From positions 13,330,001 to 13,394,000 of the forward strand of contig JBHGNT010000012.1 of NCBI GenBank assembly GCA_043228905.1: a stretch of 64,000 nt of DNA, given 5' to 3'. A model generated the notes under the pieces. It was not told where the DNA came from. It made no database searches and saw only the letters and a list, made by a program, of their open reading frames with translations. This document shows positions 1 through 12,850 of this stretch, piece by piece (positions within the stretch are counted from its first letter, which is position 1; each line of letters starts with the position of its first letter). Position numbers and translations under genes: made by a program. Origin of the DNA: Azolla caroliniana. Its lineage: Eukaryota > Plantae > Polypodiophyta.

Positions 1-36
1 AGACATTGCTTTTAAAATTTATGACCACATATTCAG

Positions 37-266
37 GATTTAATACCACTTTGCGCCGTGGTCTTGTTACACACCACGAATACATACAAGTTGGAAAAGG
101 AAGGGATGTGGGCCTGAATCAGATAAGCCTGTTTGAAGCCAAAATTGCGAATGGAAATGGTGAACAGACAATGAGTAGAGATGTGTATCGCCTTGGTCAT
201 CGAATGGATTTCTTCAGGATGTTGTCTGTTTATTTCACAACTGTTGGGTTTTACTTCAACACTCTT
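37..266 (+). CDS. CalS: Callose synthase (1,3-beta-glucan synthase, GT48) internal exon; gene begins upstream of window
   Basis: Encodes GFNTTLRRGLVTHHEYIQVGKGRDVGLNQISLFEAKIANGNGEQTMSRD, the conserved glucan-synthase catalytic region; acceptor attcag|G at 36/37, donor ctt|gtgag at 266/267. Confidence 0.95.
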
Positions 267-374
267 GTGAGGAGATACTCTTGATTCTTTAATTTTTCTT
301 TCTTTCCTCAGGGATTTTATGTTTATTTTGTTTCTGCACTTATGTTTGGCTTTAAGTTTTTTACTTGATTGCAG

Positions 375-1172
375 ATTGTCGTACTTACTGTGTATGTATT
401 CCTCTATGGGAGAATTTATCTTGCCCTTAGTGGTCTAGAAGCTAGCATGTACCACTACGCAGGCCTAGAAGATAATTCTTCTCTGCAGGCTGCCTTGGCA
501 TCTCAATCATTTGTCCAGATTGGACTGTTAATGGCTCTTCCCATGGTGATAGAGATTGGACTCGAGCAAGGATTCCGTAAGGCCCTCAGTGAACTTATCA
601 TAATGCAACTGCAACTTGCGTCAGTTTTTTTCACTTTTTCAATGGGTACAAAAGTTCACTTCTATGGGCGAACATTGCTTCATGGAGGTGCAAAATATAG
701 GTCTACTGGACGTGGATTTGTCGTATTCCATGCTAAGTTTGCTGAAAATTACCGTCTCTACTCACGTAGCCATTTCACAAAAGGACTTGAGCTACTAATA
801 CTTCTGATAGTGTATAATATATATGGAGTTACAGTGCATAAGACAGTTCCCTACCTACTCATTACATTCTCACTGTGGTTCCTAGTAGGGACATGGCTGT
901 ATTCACCTTTCTTGTTTAATCCATCAGGATTTGAATGGCAAAAAATTGTTGATGATTGGGATGATTGGAACAAGTGGGTGAGCAATCGTGGTGGGATTGG
1001 GGTTCCATCAGACAAGAGTTGGGAGTCATGGTGGGATGAAGAACAAACTCATCTCAGTACTTCTGGGCTAAGGGGTCAAATTATCGAAATACTGCTGTCA
1101 ACGAGGTTCCTCTTATATCAGTATGGCCTTGTCTACCATCTAAACATTGCGCATGGCAACAAGAGTATTCTG
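375..1172 (+). CDS. CalS: Callose synthase exon (transmembrane region)
   Basis: GTKVHFYGRTLLHGGAKYRSTGRGFVVFHAKFAENYRLYSRSHF and PFLFNPSGFEWQK motifs; acceptor ttgcag, donor ctg|gtgagt; 798 nt, keeps frame. Confidence 0.95.
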
Positions 1173-1261
1173 GTGAGTCCAAACATCCATATGTTACATG
1201 TCAGATTAAAGGTTCCAGGTTGGAGCATTACGATTAATTAATATAAATATCCCAACTGCAG

Positions 1262-1312
1262 GTGTATGCTTTATCGTGGCTGGTCATTGTGTTTTTGTTG
1301 GCTTTGTTCAAG
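1262..1312 (+). CDS. CalS: Callose synthase small exon
   Basis: 51 nt, VYALSWLVIVFLLALFK, between ctgcag| and aag|gtaaat; too short for the ORF track but needed to join the neighbouring exons in frame. Confidence 0.88.
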
Positions 1313-1394
1313 GTAAATTAGCAAATAACTATGTCATTCTTATAATGGAGCTCAATAACTTTTGATTAACATTGTAGTAACTACTGACTGCCAG

Positions 1395-1580
1395 GTGGTC
1401 TCTGAGGGAAGACGTCGGTTTAGTGCGGAATTTCAGCTTTTTTTCCGGCTCCTCAAGGGAGGGCTATTTCTTGCGGCTGTAGCAATTTTGATTGTCCTCT
1501 TTACAGTGGGGCAGCTTATAATTGCGGATTTATTGATCAGTCTGATTGCATTCCTCCCATCTGGCTGGGCAATTATTCAG
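1395..1580 (+). CDS. CalS: Callose synthase penultimate exon
   Basis: VVSEGRRRFSAEFQLFFRLLKG...AFLPSGWAIIQ; acceptor gccag, donor cag|gtaaac. Confidence 0.92.
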
Positions 1581-1673
1581 GTAAACTAGTATTAATGATC
1601 TGTGGATGTGGATCTATTTCCTAGTAAAAATACTGCCTGAAAATTGAGCTTTGTGATGCCCTTCCTTTTGCAG

Positions 1674-1910
1674 ATTTCTCAGGCATGTAGGCCAGTGGTG
1701 AGTAAGGCTGGTTTGTGGGAGTCTGTAAAAGCGCTGGCCCGAGGCTATGAGTACCTGATGGGCCTTGTATTATTCATGCCCATAGCTATACTGGCATGGT
1801 TCCCCTTCATTTCTGATTTTCAAACGCGACTGCTATTCAACCAGGCATTCAGTAGAGGATTGCAGATCTCACGTATCCTGGCTGGTAGAAAGGACAAGAA
1901 ATCCAATTGA
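1674..1910 (+). CDS. CalS: Callose synthase terminal exon
   Basis: ISQACRP...WFPFISDFQTRLLFNQAFSRGLQISRILAG, the typical CalS C-terminus; acceptor ttttgcag; stop TGA at 1908-1910. Confidence 0.95.
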   Translation: MSQACRPVVSKAGLWESVKALARGYEYLMGLVLFMPIAILAWFPFISDFQTRLLFNQAFSRGLQISRILAGRKDKKSN

Positions 1911-2615
1911 GTAATGAGGGCTGCATTTAATGATATGTGTTTTTGGACAATCCTCGCATTAAGGGTAACAACATTCACATCAATCAGCTAAGCTCTGAGC
2001 TGACAGTTTTTTTGAAGAGAACGAAGAAACTTATACGAATTTTACTGGGTTATCATTAAGGCCAAAGATGGTAGAATTAATGCCAATTTCTTGCCTCGGT
2101 CCGATACAGTTAGCTCCCCCTTCTTTCACACCAATATCATGTAATTTGAAACTCATCATTTTTGTTGTACACTAGACTTCAATGTAATAGGGATGCGTTG
2201 TCCATTTTTGCATGTCAATGTAATAGAGATATACGATACATGACTGTTTTGTAACTTCTAACTTTTCACTGCTGTTATTAGGCTCCATGTTTTCACATGG
2301 TAGAAAAAGATAGGATAAAATTGTGATTCCAACAAGCAAATGTTATTAAACTAGGAGAGCTAGAAGCTAAATAGGGTTTATCCCTGATCAAACTGTACCA
2401 TTTCTCATTCCCACCATGATACTAGTACCGTGGTATTAGAAATGGGGTTGCTTTGTTAGCAGTCTGATATTAGAACGTTGAAATGCCTGAAAATGTGACC
2501 TCTTCATTTTGATGTACAGATTGCATGCTAACCTTTCATGAAGTGCTAGAAGGTATGAATAAAATATATCCTAGTATGTATGAATGAATGGAGACATCGC
2601 ATTCATATCACAATC

Positions 2616-3537
2616 ATATATGTATATATGTATACATAGAATGAACCATACGTATCATACGTGCATTCGCATTTGAGAATGATTCAATTAAACGTGTATG
2701 GTAAATAATCTCAAAGTTGGATTGGATTGACTAGGGTCTATATTATATATTGATTCACTCTCAATCCTAATAAGTGGGCTCTAATCCATTGTGAACCACC
2801 AACATAAGTATGGTTGCAATATTTGCATTGTATCACATGCATACTTTTGGGATGCAAATCAAAACGTCTCTATCATCCTCACTTTAGAACTATACAAAAA
2901 AATGAGTATGAACTACAAAGATTGAATCAAAATATGTCATTATAAATTATAATCAAACGTTCAAAAACTCATAAAACGTATATTTGAGAATATGAAGAAA
3001 ACATGACATTAGCAGTATTAGCATAACAACTTACCACTAGGGTGACCTAATTTCTAATAACAAAGAAAGAAAGAAAAAGGAACACGACACTAACATAAAA
3101 TTTTGCCATGACATAGGTAGTAGTAGCATAACAACTTACCACTCGGGTGAGCTAATTTTTAATAACAAAGAAAGAAAGAAAAAGGAACACGACACTAACA
3201 TAAAATTTTGCCATGACATAGGTAGTAGTAGCATAACAACTTACCACTCGGGTGAGCTAATTTTTAATAACAAAGAAAGAAAGAAAAAGAAGAAAAAGGA
3301 AGATGACACTAACATAAAATTTTGCTATGACATGGTACTAATGAGAGAGAGAAAATTGGGAATCAAACCCAAGACATAGACAGCAATACCACTAGGGTGA
3401 GCTAAATTGTAATGATAATAAATGAAAAACAAGAAAAAAAAAGGAGCACGTATTTTTCCCATTTCAAACGTGTTCGTTTCCAAACGTTGGAATGCTTGCA
3501 TGAACACGAATATTACGTTCTATGTATGTATATATAG
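2616..3537. mobile_element. Possible degenerate non-autonomous DNA element with terminal inverted repeats
   Basis: atacatagaatgaaccatacgtatcatacgtgcattc (~2631) resembles the reverse complement of ~3475-3530; both ends abut TA-rich runs; no TSD recognised. Confidence 0.3.
3021..3335. repeat. 105-bp tandem repeat, 3 copies plus a degenerate tail
   Basis: gcataacaacttaccact begins at 3021, 3126 and 3231. Confidence 0.9.
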
Positions 3538-3713
3538 CTATTCAATCTATTCTAATGCTACTAATCATTGTCGCTTACATCTAGCATCAAATTGCTAGCC
3601 ATTAGTAATGTGAAGCAATCTAATGCTATGTACTAGATTGCAATGCATTGACCACCAAATGCACAGAAATTTGGTACCAAGTCTCCACTTATGTTTTGCA
3701 TGGTATTCACTTA

Positions 3714-3757
3714 CCCTAAACCCTAAACCCTAAACCCCTAAACCCCTAAACCCTAAA
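3714..3757 (+). repeat. Interstitial telomeric repeat, (CCCTAAA) x6 including two CCCCTAAA variants
   Basis: Read directly; Arabidopsis-type plant telomere unit. Confidence 0.92.
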
Positions 3758-4559
3758 CTATTAGTTGAGCATAAAATTTACTTTATGCGCTAAAAGAACA
3801 TAAAGTAAAATTTCAAAATGGCTATCCCCACTCATCCCTATCTTATCTCTCTTTCTCCATACAATTATTAAAGACGTTTCAACATGGAATGCAAAGCAAT
3901 CTTGGTTCATGTAACAAAAATAAATAAATATCATGGGTTCCATAATACATTGTACAACTTTACAGGGTGCATGAAGTGATTATGATTTCCAATACTTGAA
4001 CTTATCTCCCAATGCTCTAGTCATTCATTAAACTAATTGGACATTCGTAATATTCACTTCCAATTGATACCATAAGTGTAAAATAATAGAGCCTATTCCA
4101 ACCATGGCTGAAAGATTTTGTAACCAATACGCCAATTGATCCAAGTATCAACATGTTGATGCTTTATTTCGTTCATTTGAAACCCTTGCTTGGCTTCCTT
4201 CAACTCTATTGTAGTTCTTGTCAAATTTGAATAAGTGCTTGAAAGTGTGGCGTACAAGATCATTTGTCTCAATGTTGATAATTGTAGAGACCATGAAGAT
4301 AGTTTGAACTTGTATAGCATATTGCAATGCATTGTCCTTCAAATACATAATTATTTTGTCTTAAGCTTCGACTTGTGCTTTGCATGATATTCACTTAATT
4401 GATCAATGTAACACAATCTAAGGCTATATACTAGATAGCAATGCATTGGGCTCCAAAGACATAGAAAATTTCGACCAAGCTTCAACTTGTGCATTGCATG
4501 ACACACTTAATTGACTATTAGTTGAGCATAAAATTTAGTAGTGACTTGGTTCTATAGGT

Positions 4560-6945
4560 TCAATGTAGGAAAAGTTCTTATTCAGCCCATCAGATTACCT
4601 TTTACTTTATAATTATGCTATACAATTTAGCAATAGTTGAGGTCACCATGATTGTACGATAATTGCTATCTAACTCTTATCTCCTAGCTTACATTTTGGA
4701 TCAATCTAATTCATGAGCCAAGCATTCCGCAAACCTTGTTTAGTAGCTTCTTTTATGATAATCATGATCGAGAGTTACATCAACTACTTTCCCATTAACC
4801 ATCTTCTTTGTTCAAATATTGACATCTTCAAGATCCATGTGTTACAAGGTGTTTCAATGTTCTCAACTATAGGAGCTACTCTCTCATTCATTACATGCTT
4901 TGTACAGATTCTAACATCTCTTCATTTGTAAATTCACCTTTGATATCTTCCTTCTTACCATTTTTCCAAAAAAGAACTCATTTAGTTAAAATATACATAA
5001 AACTCGATCCCTTTCTTGGGAAGGCCGAGCCAAGACTATCCTATCCTACACAAGAGATCTTGCTTATTGATCTTACACTTTCACATATGGCTCTAGCCAT
5101 CCTTTCATGCACATTACCTACATTCACTATCCCACATGCCATGTCTTTCACACCCCTCGTTCATCTAATGGGAGGGGGGAACAACCATTTGGGTACGTCA
5201 TACTTCCATAGTATATCCATTCCATTTGTTGCGGCCATCAGTGTAGTACACCATCACTTTCGAAAATTCAGCCTCATTAGTTCTGCATCATCATTAGTAC
5301 CATCAATCCGCTCACATTGAGCTCTTAGTGTAGTTTTTAATGTGTGCCAGATTAGCTTAATTGATTTAGTAGGGGGGCGTTTGTGTGCTGAAAATACCTA
5401 GGTACACCTTGTTGTCCATATATACCATATAGCAAGGGGGGCAAGCAACATCCAAAAATCTCCAAGTTTTTGATTCTGTGCACAAGTTGTAGGTACCCTG
5501 TTGCCAGTGATCAGGCCACACAATGCCATTCTCCCCTCTGTACTTAGGGTTTAGGGTTTAGGGTTAGTTGTCTCCATGTTAGGATTGGTTGGAGCTTAAA
5601 CAACCTTTTCCTTTTCCATTCTTGCATTTGGAAATATTGTCTTTTCTTTATCCTCTCTATTTTTTTATATTGGTGCCATGACATGATACGTTCACATTCC
5701 CCTTTCGCAAACTTATATAGTTTGAGATATATCTTCCATTCCTCATCAAACCAAGAATTACATGGGAAACTAGGTCTTTTATGTCCACCAACACACATTC
5801 CTAACTGTTGATATCCTACCTCAAGGATGAAAATTTTCAAATGTTTCCAATTTTCTTTAACATCATTACCTAGAGAGTTTTGACAAATGGTTCTCGGCTT
5901 CTTTTGCGTAGATCGTAGCTTTATTTTAACAAGGTCAAATGATGTATCTTCTTTCCTCTTTCACATTACCGCATTTGTTGATAGAGTGTGAGAGTGTAAG
6001 GTCTAAGTTCAAGGGCTTATGGTCTGGGTTCAAGGATAGAGCACCAATTTAAAAATGCATTCATCATGGATAGATCACATGCCTTCCTAAATATATAACC
6101 TACTACACTTCATCCTCATGAGGCTGGTAAACATGTGAGTACATTTGTCAAAGGAAAAACATTTATACAATTTAAGACAATGAAGTTTGTGCAATCAAGC
6201 ACATGTATAAGAATCTTTCTATAATCCGTCACAATGCAATCCTTTGAATCACGTAATAGTCAAGAATCCACTTTATTTTCTTCCGATATCTCCATATTTT
6301 GGTATTTTCAACTTTAGCATTAAAGTCTTCAATAATAAACACTTTACCAAGCTTCTAAAAACCACTATGTCTTGACATAAGCCTATGAAAGGATCATCAC
6401 ATTCCAACCCAAATCTATGATAATCGTTTGACTCTGTATGAGGAATGTAGCATGCGACTATGTAGAGATTCTTTATGCCCAAATTAATCTTTATCCATAT
6501 ATGTGAATATATGCGCAAGTTTTTGTATTGGGTTGGGTGTTATAACATGGTGTTTAATAGCAACAACTTTGAATATCAATCAATGAATGATTTAGTATCT
6601 TCTTGCTATAGATATATTGTTGATTATATAACTCCATATCAATAGGTATCACTTATAATCATCATACTTACATAATCTTGTATAATGATCTAATCTCTCA
6701 TGGTAAATACATGCCATCGTTGCACATCCAATATTCCCTTTAGAGTGAGGCCATATTGATTTGATAAAGTAGCCATCAATCTTAGGTATGTGTTTTGCAT
6801 CATGCTCCCAAGTTTCAACCAAAAATATCACATCAATACCTTGCATGACATCACTTAGTTTTAATGCCTTATCCCATGGACATCCTCTACAATTCCAAAA
6901 CATGATTTTCAAAATGGAGGTATTTGTAGTTCCATGGGTCATCAC
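4560..6945 (-). mobile_element. Decayed non-LTR retrotransposon (LINE) ORF2: APE endonuclease, linker and start of RT
   Basis: Minus strand: KIMFWNCRG...DVIFLVETW (6649-6945), IWIKI...LYIVACYIP (6273-6518), PCNSWFDEE linker (~5750), NYRTIMVTSTIAKLYSII RT start (read down from 4664); many stops and frameshifts. Confidence 0.8.
5544..5567 (+). repeat. Short interstitial telomeric repeat (TTTAGGG)n inside the LINE relic
   Basis: ttagggtttagggtttagggttag. Confidence 0.75.
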
Positions 6946-8578
6946 TTGCTATGCTTTTTGAATTCCTTTCGTTGATGCATATGCTTGCCCTCAAATTCAC
7001 CCTCAAATTAGACAGAGATTTGAACTCAAAACTTCAACTTTCAAAAATTGAACTCTGAATATACTTTGAGAAATCATGTACATAAGATATGGTTGTTGGT
7101 ACTTCTCTGATTCGGATGAGCTCAATAGTATTAGTTGTCATGTCTACCTACAAAATTAGACTAGTTGTGTTGCATGCTTCGTTTACATGATTGACCAGAC
7201 CATCTTTGTTGGTTGCTAAAACTACTCTCAAAATGGGGCCCTCAATACAAATAACGAAATCACAAAAACGAGCATAATCACACTCACAAAGGAATAAAGG
7301 CATACAAAACAACACTATGAGCAAAAAACATTCCACAACCAAAACATATTATTTCCTGAATATTTGTTGTAAATATCCATTACATAAAAGGGATGAAGTA
7401 TAAACCAATTATAATGGTTTTATTTCTACAAATAAAAATTTATACATTAATTTAAAAGAAAAAACTGCTACATAGCTTATCCACTAAGAAATGTTAATCT
7501 ATCCCCTTGATCGAATAAGTGGTCTTTTCCGCGATGTCGCACCCTTCTTCAACCTTTTTCTAAACGATTTCCCATTTTGCCTCGCCTCTTTCATCCATTG
7601 AGCAGTTGTGTCCTCTGACAAAATATCCATTGGATCCTACTTCGAAAGCAAGTTAGCAACTTCCTTCACTAGTTGTTCAAGACAAGGAGAATGCGGTTCT
7701 ACAACATCATGTGTAGGGCTAGGTGGGGTTGTTGTAAGGTGTTGTGCCACAGAACTATTACATCAAGTGTTCAAAAACATTGTTTTTTCGCACGTCAAAA
7801 TTACGTGTTGGGTAGACTATTTATTATTCTGTACAGTCTTGCCCAATTCACTTTAGTCTTCCACAAGCAAAGAATGATGTTGATCTGAAGGAGATGTCTA
7901 GGCATGACTCTTACTCTCAACCACATCACCAAATATCTCCTCATCGGTTGCAGTGTTAGCCTGAATGGACATATTGTAGGTGAGTTAAAGCTTGAGGGTC
8001 TACAACAACATGTATCGGCTAATTTGTGGTTGGTAATGCTAGCTAACTCCCACAATCACTACCACTCCTCCCTAGTCTTAGCTAATTAGGTACTACCATA
8101 ACATATACTTTCTTTTATCAAATAGTAAACTTACCTGTTTGTTACGTCCACTCTTTGGGGAGAGTTGTGGAGCAATACCCTAAACACATTCATGAAGTGC
8201 GACAATCAAATGCAAAACATGCTAAACGATATGTATGTTGGCATGCTCGCAAGCGATGCATGTGGAATGAATAGTCAATGTACTTTGTCCACCGGCTACT
8301 ATTGGCATAAAAGGCTGACACCTTCCACTTTGTATCTTTAGTGTGAACACGTCCTCTAGCTAGGTCTTGAGTATTAAGTTCAAGCCTAACATTGTAAACA
8401 AATATATACTCGGAGTGTAGAGTTACAACGTGAGAGAATAAGAACTTCCATTGAAGCTCTAAAACTATGTCCATCTTTTGTTTCTCTTCTTGTTGTATAT
8501 CAGTGTTGTTTGTTGTACATCATCTTGAAGGTTCTCATACACATTCTTCTGCATATCCATTCTTATGCTTACATCAAG

Positions 8579-9295
8579 TGGTATAAGAGTGACCTCTCTG
8601 TCTAGCGGAAACGAAAAACAGAAGAGACATAGAAGAGAAGTTATCTGGCTCAAAGAAAAGACAAGGTCAACAACATCTACTTCTAGTAAAAGAATGATGA
8701 CACAGTCTGACACAAGTGTGGAAGTTCGATGGGAAGAACTTCGCCCTCTGGAAGGAAATGATGCAGGATGTACTCATCATCGGACGACAAGTTGACGCAA
8801 TTTGGCACACTACCAAGCCAACTTCAATGTCTGCAAAAGAATGATGATCTATGGACGAAATAGCCATATCGACCATTCAAATGCATATGGTCGAGAACGT
8901 CTATTTTAGCATGGCCAAGGGGACTAGCCAAGAAGACAACAACATTCTCTTTGTGGGAGAAGTTACAAGTGGTGTATGAGAAGAAATTCTCCTCATCAAA
9001 GTTGATACTAATTCGACAACTATTCAACATGAAGATGAGAGAGATGGATCCAACAACCTCCCACATTAACACCTTCAGTCGGGTGTTATCTGAACTCTCC
9101 TCCCAAGTGATTAACTTCGAAGAAGAAGTCAAAGCCCTTGCCCTCCTTTCGAGCTTGCCAGTGAGTTGGGAGGTATTCTGCACGACCTTTGCCAATAGTT
9201 GTCCGAATCTAAATCTAGATGAGTCGATCGGACAAGTCCTCACCGAGGACATTCCAGGAAAATCGATGGGACTTACTATTGAGATGAGATCGTAA
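8579..9295 (+). mobile_element. Copia element J: PBS and degenerate gag fragment
   Basis: PBS-like TGGTATAAGAG at 8579 after ...acatca; KFDGKNFALWKEMMQD and LWEKLQVVYEKKFSSSKLILIRQLFNMKM...ALALLSSLPVSWE (Copia gag, UBN2-type). Confidence 0.8.
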
Positions 9296-9311
9296 ATTAG
9301 TGAGGACGATA

Positions 9312-10061
9312 TGCTGAAATGTAGAGACAGAACACAAAAACAACAAAATGGACAAATACACAATGCACATTGTTTTACGTGGAAACCCTAAAAGGGGAAA
9401 ACCACGGGAACAGAGATACACTATACAATCAAAGAATACAAAAGGGAGAAAAGAATACAACACTCTTCTGCACAGAGTGTACTAGCCATGCAGGGCTCTT
9501 GGTGTCTAACCTCACTTAGCTATGGTGTCGCTCACACTCTCACTCTTGCGTCTCTCTACTTTGCGCGTAACTACAGAAACTCTAATCTACTCAACACTTT
9601 CTATTCTACACACTCTTTATGTTTGCCCTAGGTGTATTTATACTTATACACAATATGAGATATTTACAAATGTAGCCTCTACTACTATTATTCCTATTAT
9701 TATAGTAATAACAGTAACAATTAATCAGCTGATTGGTTGACTAGTCGATTCGACTAACCGACTCCTAGGTGTATTTATACTTATACAAAATATGAGATAT
9801 TTACAAATGTAGCCTCTACTACTATTATTCCTATTATTATAGTAATAACAGTAACAATTAATCAGCTGATTGGTCGACTAGTCGATTCGACTAACAGACT
9901 CCTATGTCGACTGTGCATTCGGCCCGACTAGTCGATCATGTCTTCGACTTGGATCACTTGTACAATGCTGTGGACTCGCCAATCCACTCTCTATGTCATC
10001 GACTATTAGCTCTTAGCTCGACTAGTCGGCTACTCCTTGTCTTCGACTATTAGCTTGAACA
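9312..10061 (-). mobile_element. Copia (Tork/Tnt1-type) lone LTR without TSD
   Basis: Minus strand TGTTCAAG...TTTCAGCA; carries the cccgtggtttt...gggtttccacgt motif also seen in the E LTR; flanks (cgata / gtcgg) differ. Confidence 0.6.
9627..9904. repeat. 137-bp tandem duplication inside the LTR
   Basis: cctaggtgtatttatacttatac at 9627 and 9764, near-identical copies. Confidence 0.9.
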
Positions 10062-12395
10062 GTCGGCTCCTCCCATAGGAGGGACATCAAAAGCAAGGAG
10101 AGCGGTTGAATATTGCTGAGCCACTTTATGGCTAGCTGAAGAAGGGGCAGAAGTTTGAATGGGGCGAGGAGCACTCGAAGGCGATGCGAAGACTGAAGGG
10201 GATGTTAACGGTGAAACTCGCTCTCCGGAAGGCAATCTACAGGAAGGAGACCCCAATTTACGTCACGGTCGACACGAGTCGGACCGGAATCGGGTGGGTG
10301 ATAAACCAGGAGGATGAAGGCGGTACGAGATTCGCCATCTGATTCAAAGTGACGATACTAAGTGAGCGACAACGAGGATACGCCCATGTCAAGTGGGAGC
10401 TGTGGGGTTTCATTTCCGTGGTAAAGGCCGATAAAGTATACTTGATTGGGGCGGAGGTAATCATCGAGACAGACTACTTCCCGATTCTCGGGATGGTATC
10501 CGGATGCGCGGCCCCGGACCTAGCAATGCTAAGGTGGATCGTGTACATGAGGTCCCTGAACCCGGAAATCTGACACATTTCTAAGAAAGACAACGCCATG
10601 GCCGATATGCTATCAAGAGCAGGTATGAAATGGAAGATGTCATGGTATCCGAGGATGAGGAATTTAGAGTCGACATCTTTGAGTCGGCTCGACTGTCGGC
10701 TCATGGATGAAACACTCCGACCCTACACACATTCAACGAGGATGACTACGAAGGGGAGTGGCTTCTCATTGGGAGTTTCTTAAGCACGATGGCGGTAGGC
10801 GCATCATGGAAGAACGAAGAGGCCGGTCGAATCCAGAAGAAGGCCTACCCATTCTTCCTACGAGACGGGGTAATTTGGCGGCACCCGAAGAGGCGAAATG
10901 GTACACCACTCTGGGTGGTAACAAAGGAGGACCACTTGGTCCTATTGGCCATGTTTCATGAGAGTCCTTGGTCTGGACATAGGGGGACATGGGCCACATT
11001 TCGAGAAGCTCAAGGAGAGATATTGGTGGCTGGGGATGTACAACGATGTGCAACAGTTCGTGAGAACGTGTCAAAAACTGCCAAGTACATTCCAGAGTTT
11101 GACACAACGACAAGCTTCACCCGACCTACCTGCCAACCATTCAATTCGAGTGGATGGTCGACTTAGTGATGATGCTGGTGGGGGTAGGGAAGATGAGATA
11201 GTCGGTGCTTGCAAGGGAGGACCTGATGAACTAGGTGGAAGACGGAGCCTTAACGAACAACATGACCATGACAATATGCAAGTTCCTGATTGAGGATTTG
11301 GTATGCCGATACAAATGCTTTGGGAAGCCACGGAGCTATTCGACTGACTAGGGGTCAACATCTCTCGCACAATGGCATACAATCTGGAGGTGAATGGGAA
11401 GGTCAAACGAGGGCACGAGCCGATCGTTAAGGCAATTGTGCGAGCATGCAACGGACGAGTCGAGAACTGGCTGGGACTCCTACCTTATGCCTTGTGGGCC
11501 GACCGAACTACCCACAGTTCGGTACATGCCAGCGGAACTCATGTTCCGCCAGAAACCGATCATGGTGGTGGAACAAATGATCACTTCGTGGATGGCGGTC
11601 GACTAGGCAGAAGAGATAGAGTCGAGAGGAGCGGCTAGCTGTATGGATTCAACAACTCGAAAGGCGACCGGAGCACATGGAACGAGAGAAGGCAAAGATA
11701 AAGGAGGCAAGAATAAAGAACACGGAGCGGTTCAACCGAATGCAATGATTGCGACCGAGAAAGATAGAAGAGGGCGACACGGATGTTCACCAGACCTAGA
11801 GGTGGGGGACGAGGACACCGATGAGGATGGGGAGCCGGATGAGGACCTGATTGGCGACGGTTCGGAGGAAGATGAGTGAGGCTCGAAGCAGAATCTCGAC
11901 TGCCACACTAAATGACACATGCTAGAGGATGTGCGTTTTGGTGGGGGTGTATGTCGTGGAGGACTTCAGATACCAGAAGAAATCTCGCTGGTTGCGTATG
12001 AACAAGGACGTGCACAGATGCACATAAAAAGAGATATTGTATAAACTATTGTAAATAACCGAAGACTAATAAGTACAAGGTGGGAGTGTTTAATAGGTAC
12101 TTTATGATCCCTCGAAAGGAGGGGAATAAAAGTGTGAGAAAACAGAAAAATAGGGAGGGAATCACTCACAGAAGTGATTGTCCTTAGTACTGATGTAACA
12201 ACCTCTCCTTGTGCTATAAAAGGAGAGGACAAAGACTGAGAGAGCATCCATCGATTTGGAGGAGGGGACTTTGCCGGTTTGTGCTCGCGATTTCTTGTTT
12301 TTATGCTCAGTGCTGTTTCGATAAATAGGTGTGAGTCATCTGCTCGCGTAGGAAACTCGTGTGCTCCCAACCAGAGGCTCATTCGTATCTGTATG
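10062..12395 (+). mobile_element. Gypsy element K: degenerate RNase H and integrase, PPT, and 3' LTR (11952-12395) interrupted by A1
   Basis: FEWGEEH, YVTVDTS, FHESPWSGHRG, YWWLGMYNDVQQFVRTC, LPYALWADRTT in broken frames; ggtgggggtgta then TGTCGTGG; TATAAAA near 12215. Confidence 0.78.
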
Positions 12396-12850
12396 TATTA
12401 GAGACATGAACTAATGTAAGCATAAAATAAGGATAAAAGATAGATCTAGATAGAAAGGAGAGAGAGAAAGAAGGGTGTTGATCCACCCGACCACCCCCGA
12501 GCGAAGGGATTGAGACAGACTCGAGCCTCGATCAGCGTCCCATACCACCGTCATGGCGTCGAGTCGTACCTAGTGCTGGCGCACTTGCTACAAGTGTTGA
12601 CCCACCACAAGACAGAGTCTCAATGTAGTCAACAAGATGATCAAATGAGGGTAGCTAGGCCTCTTATTTATAGCGATACCCAAGGCCCCCAGGCAAATTC
12701 ACACTTGGCCTAATGGGTTCTCTCAATCCCGAGGATTAAAAGTAATCCTCCCCTTCTTTACACTCTCGTTTAACCCTCACACTTATCCACGTGTATAGAA
12801 TACTACGGCAAATTCTCACCATGGGATATTATATGGTCATGCCCGTAACA
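12396..12850 (-). repeat. Family A 3' LTR of A1 (455 bp)
   Basis: Minus strand TGTTACGGGCATGACC...CTCTAATA, preceded by PPT-like AAAGAGCGGGAGTA. Confidence 0.9.

Noticed and set aside
7500-8474. Possible spliced gene or transposase relic on the minus strand (CAG|GTAAGT at 8134)
   Set aside because: No recognisable protein motif and no consistent frame; cannot be supported without a search
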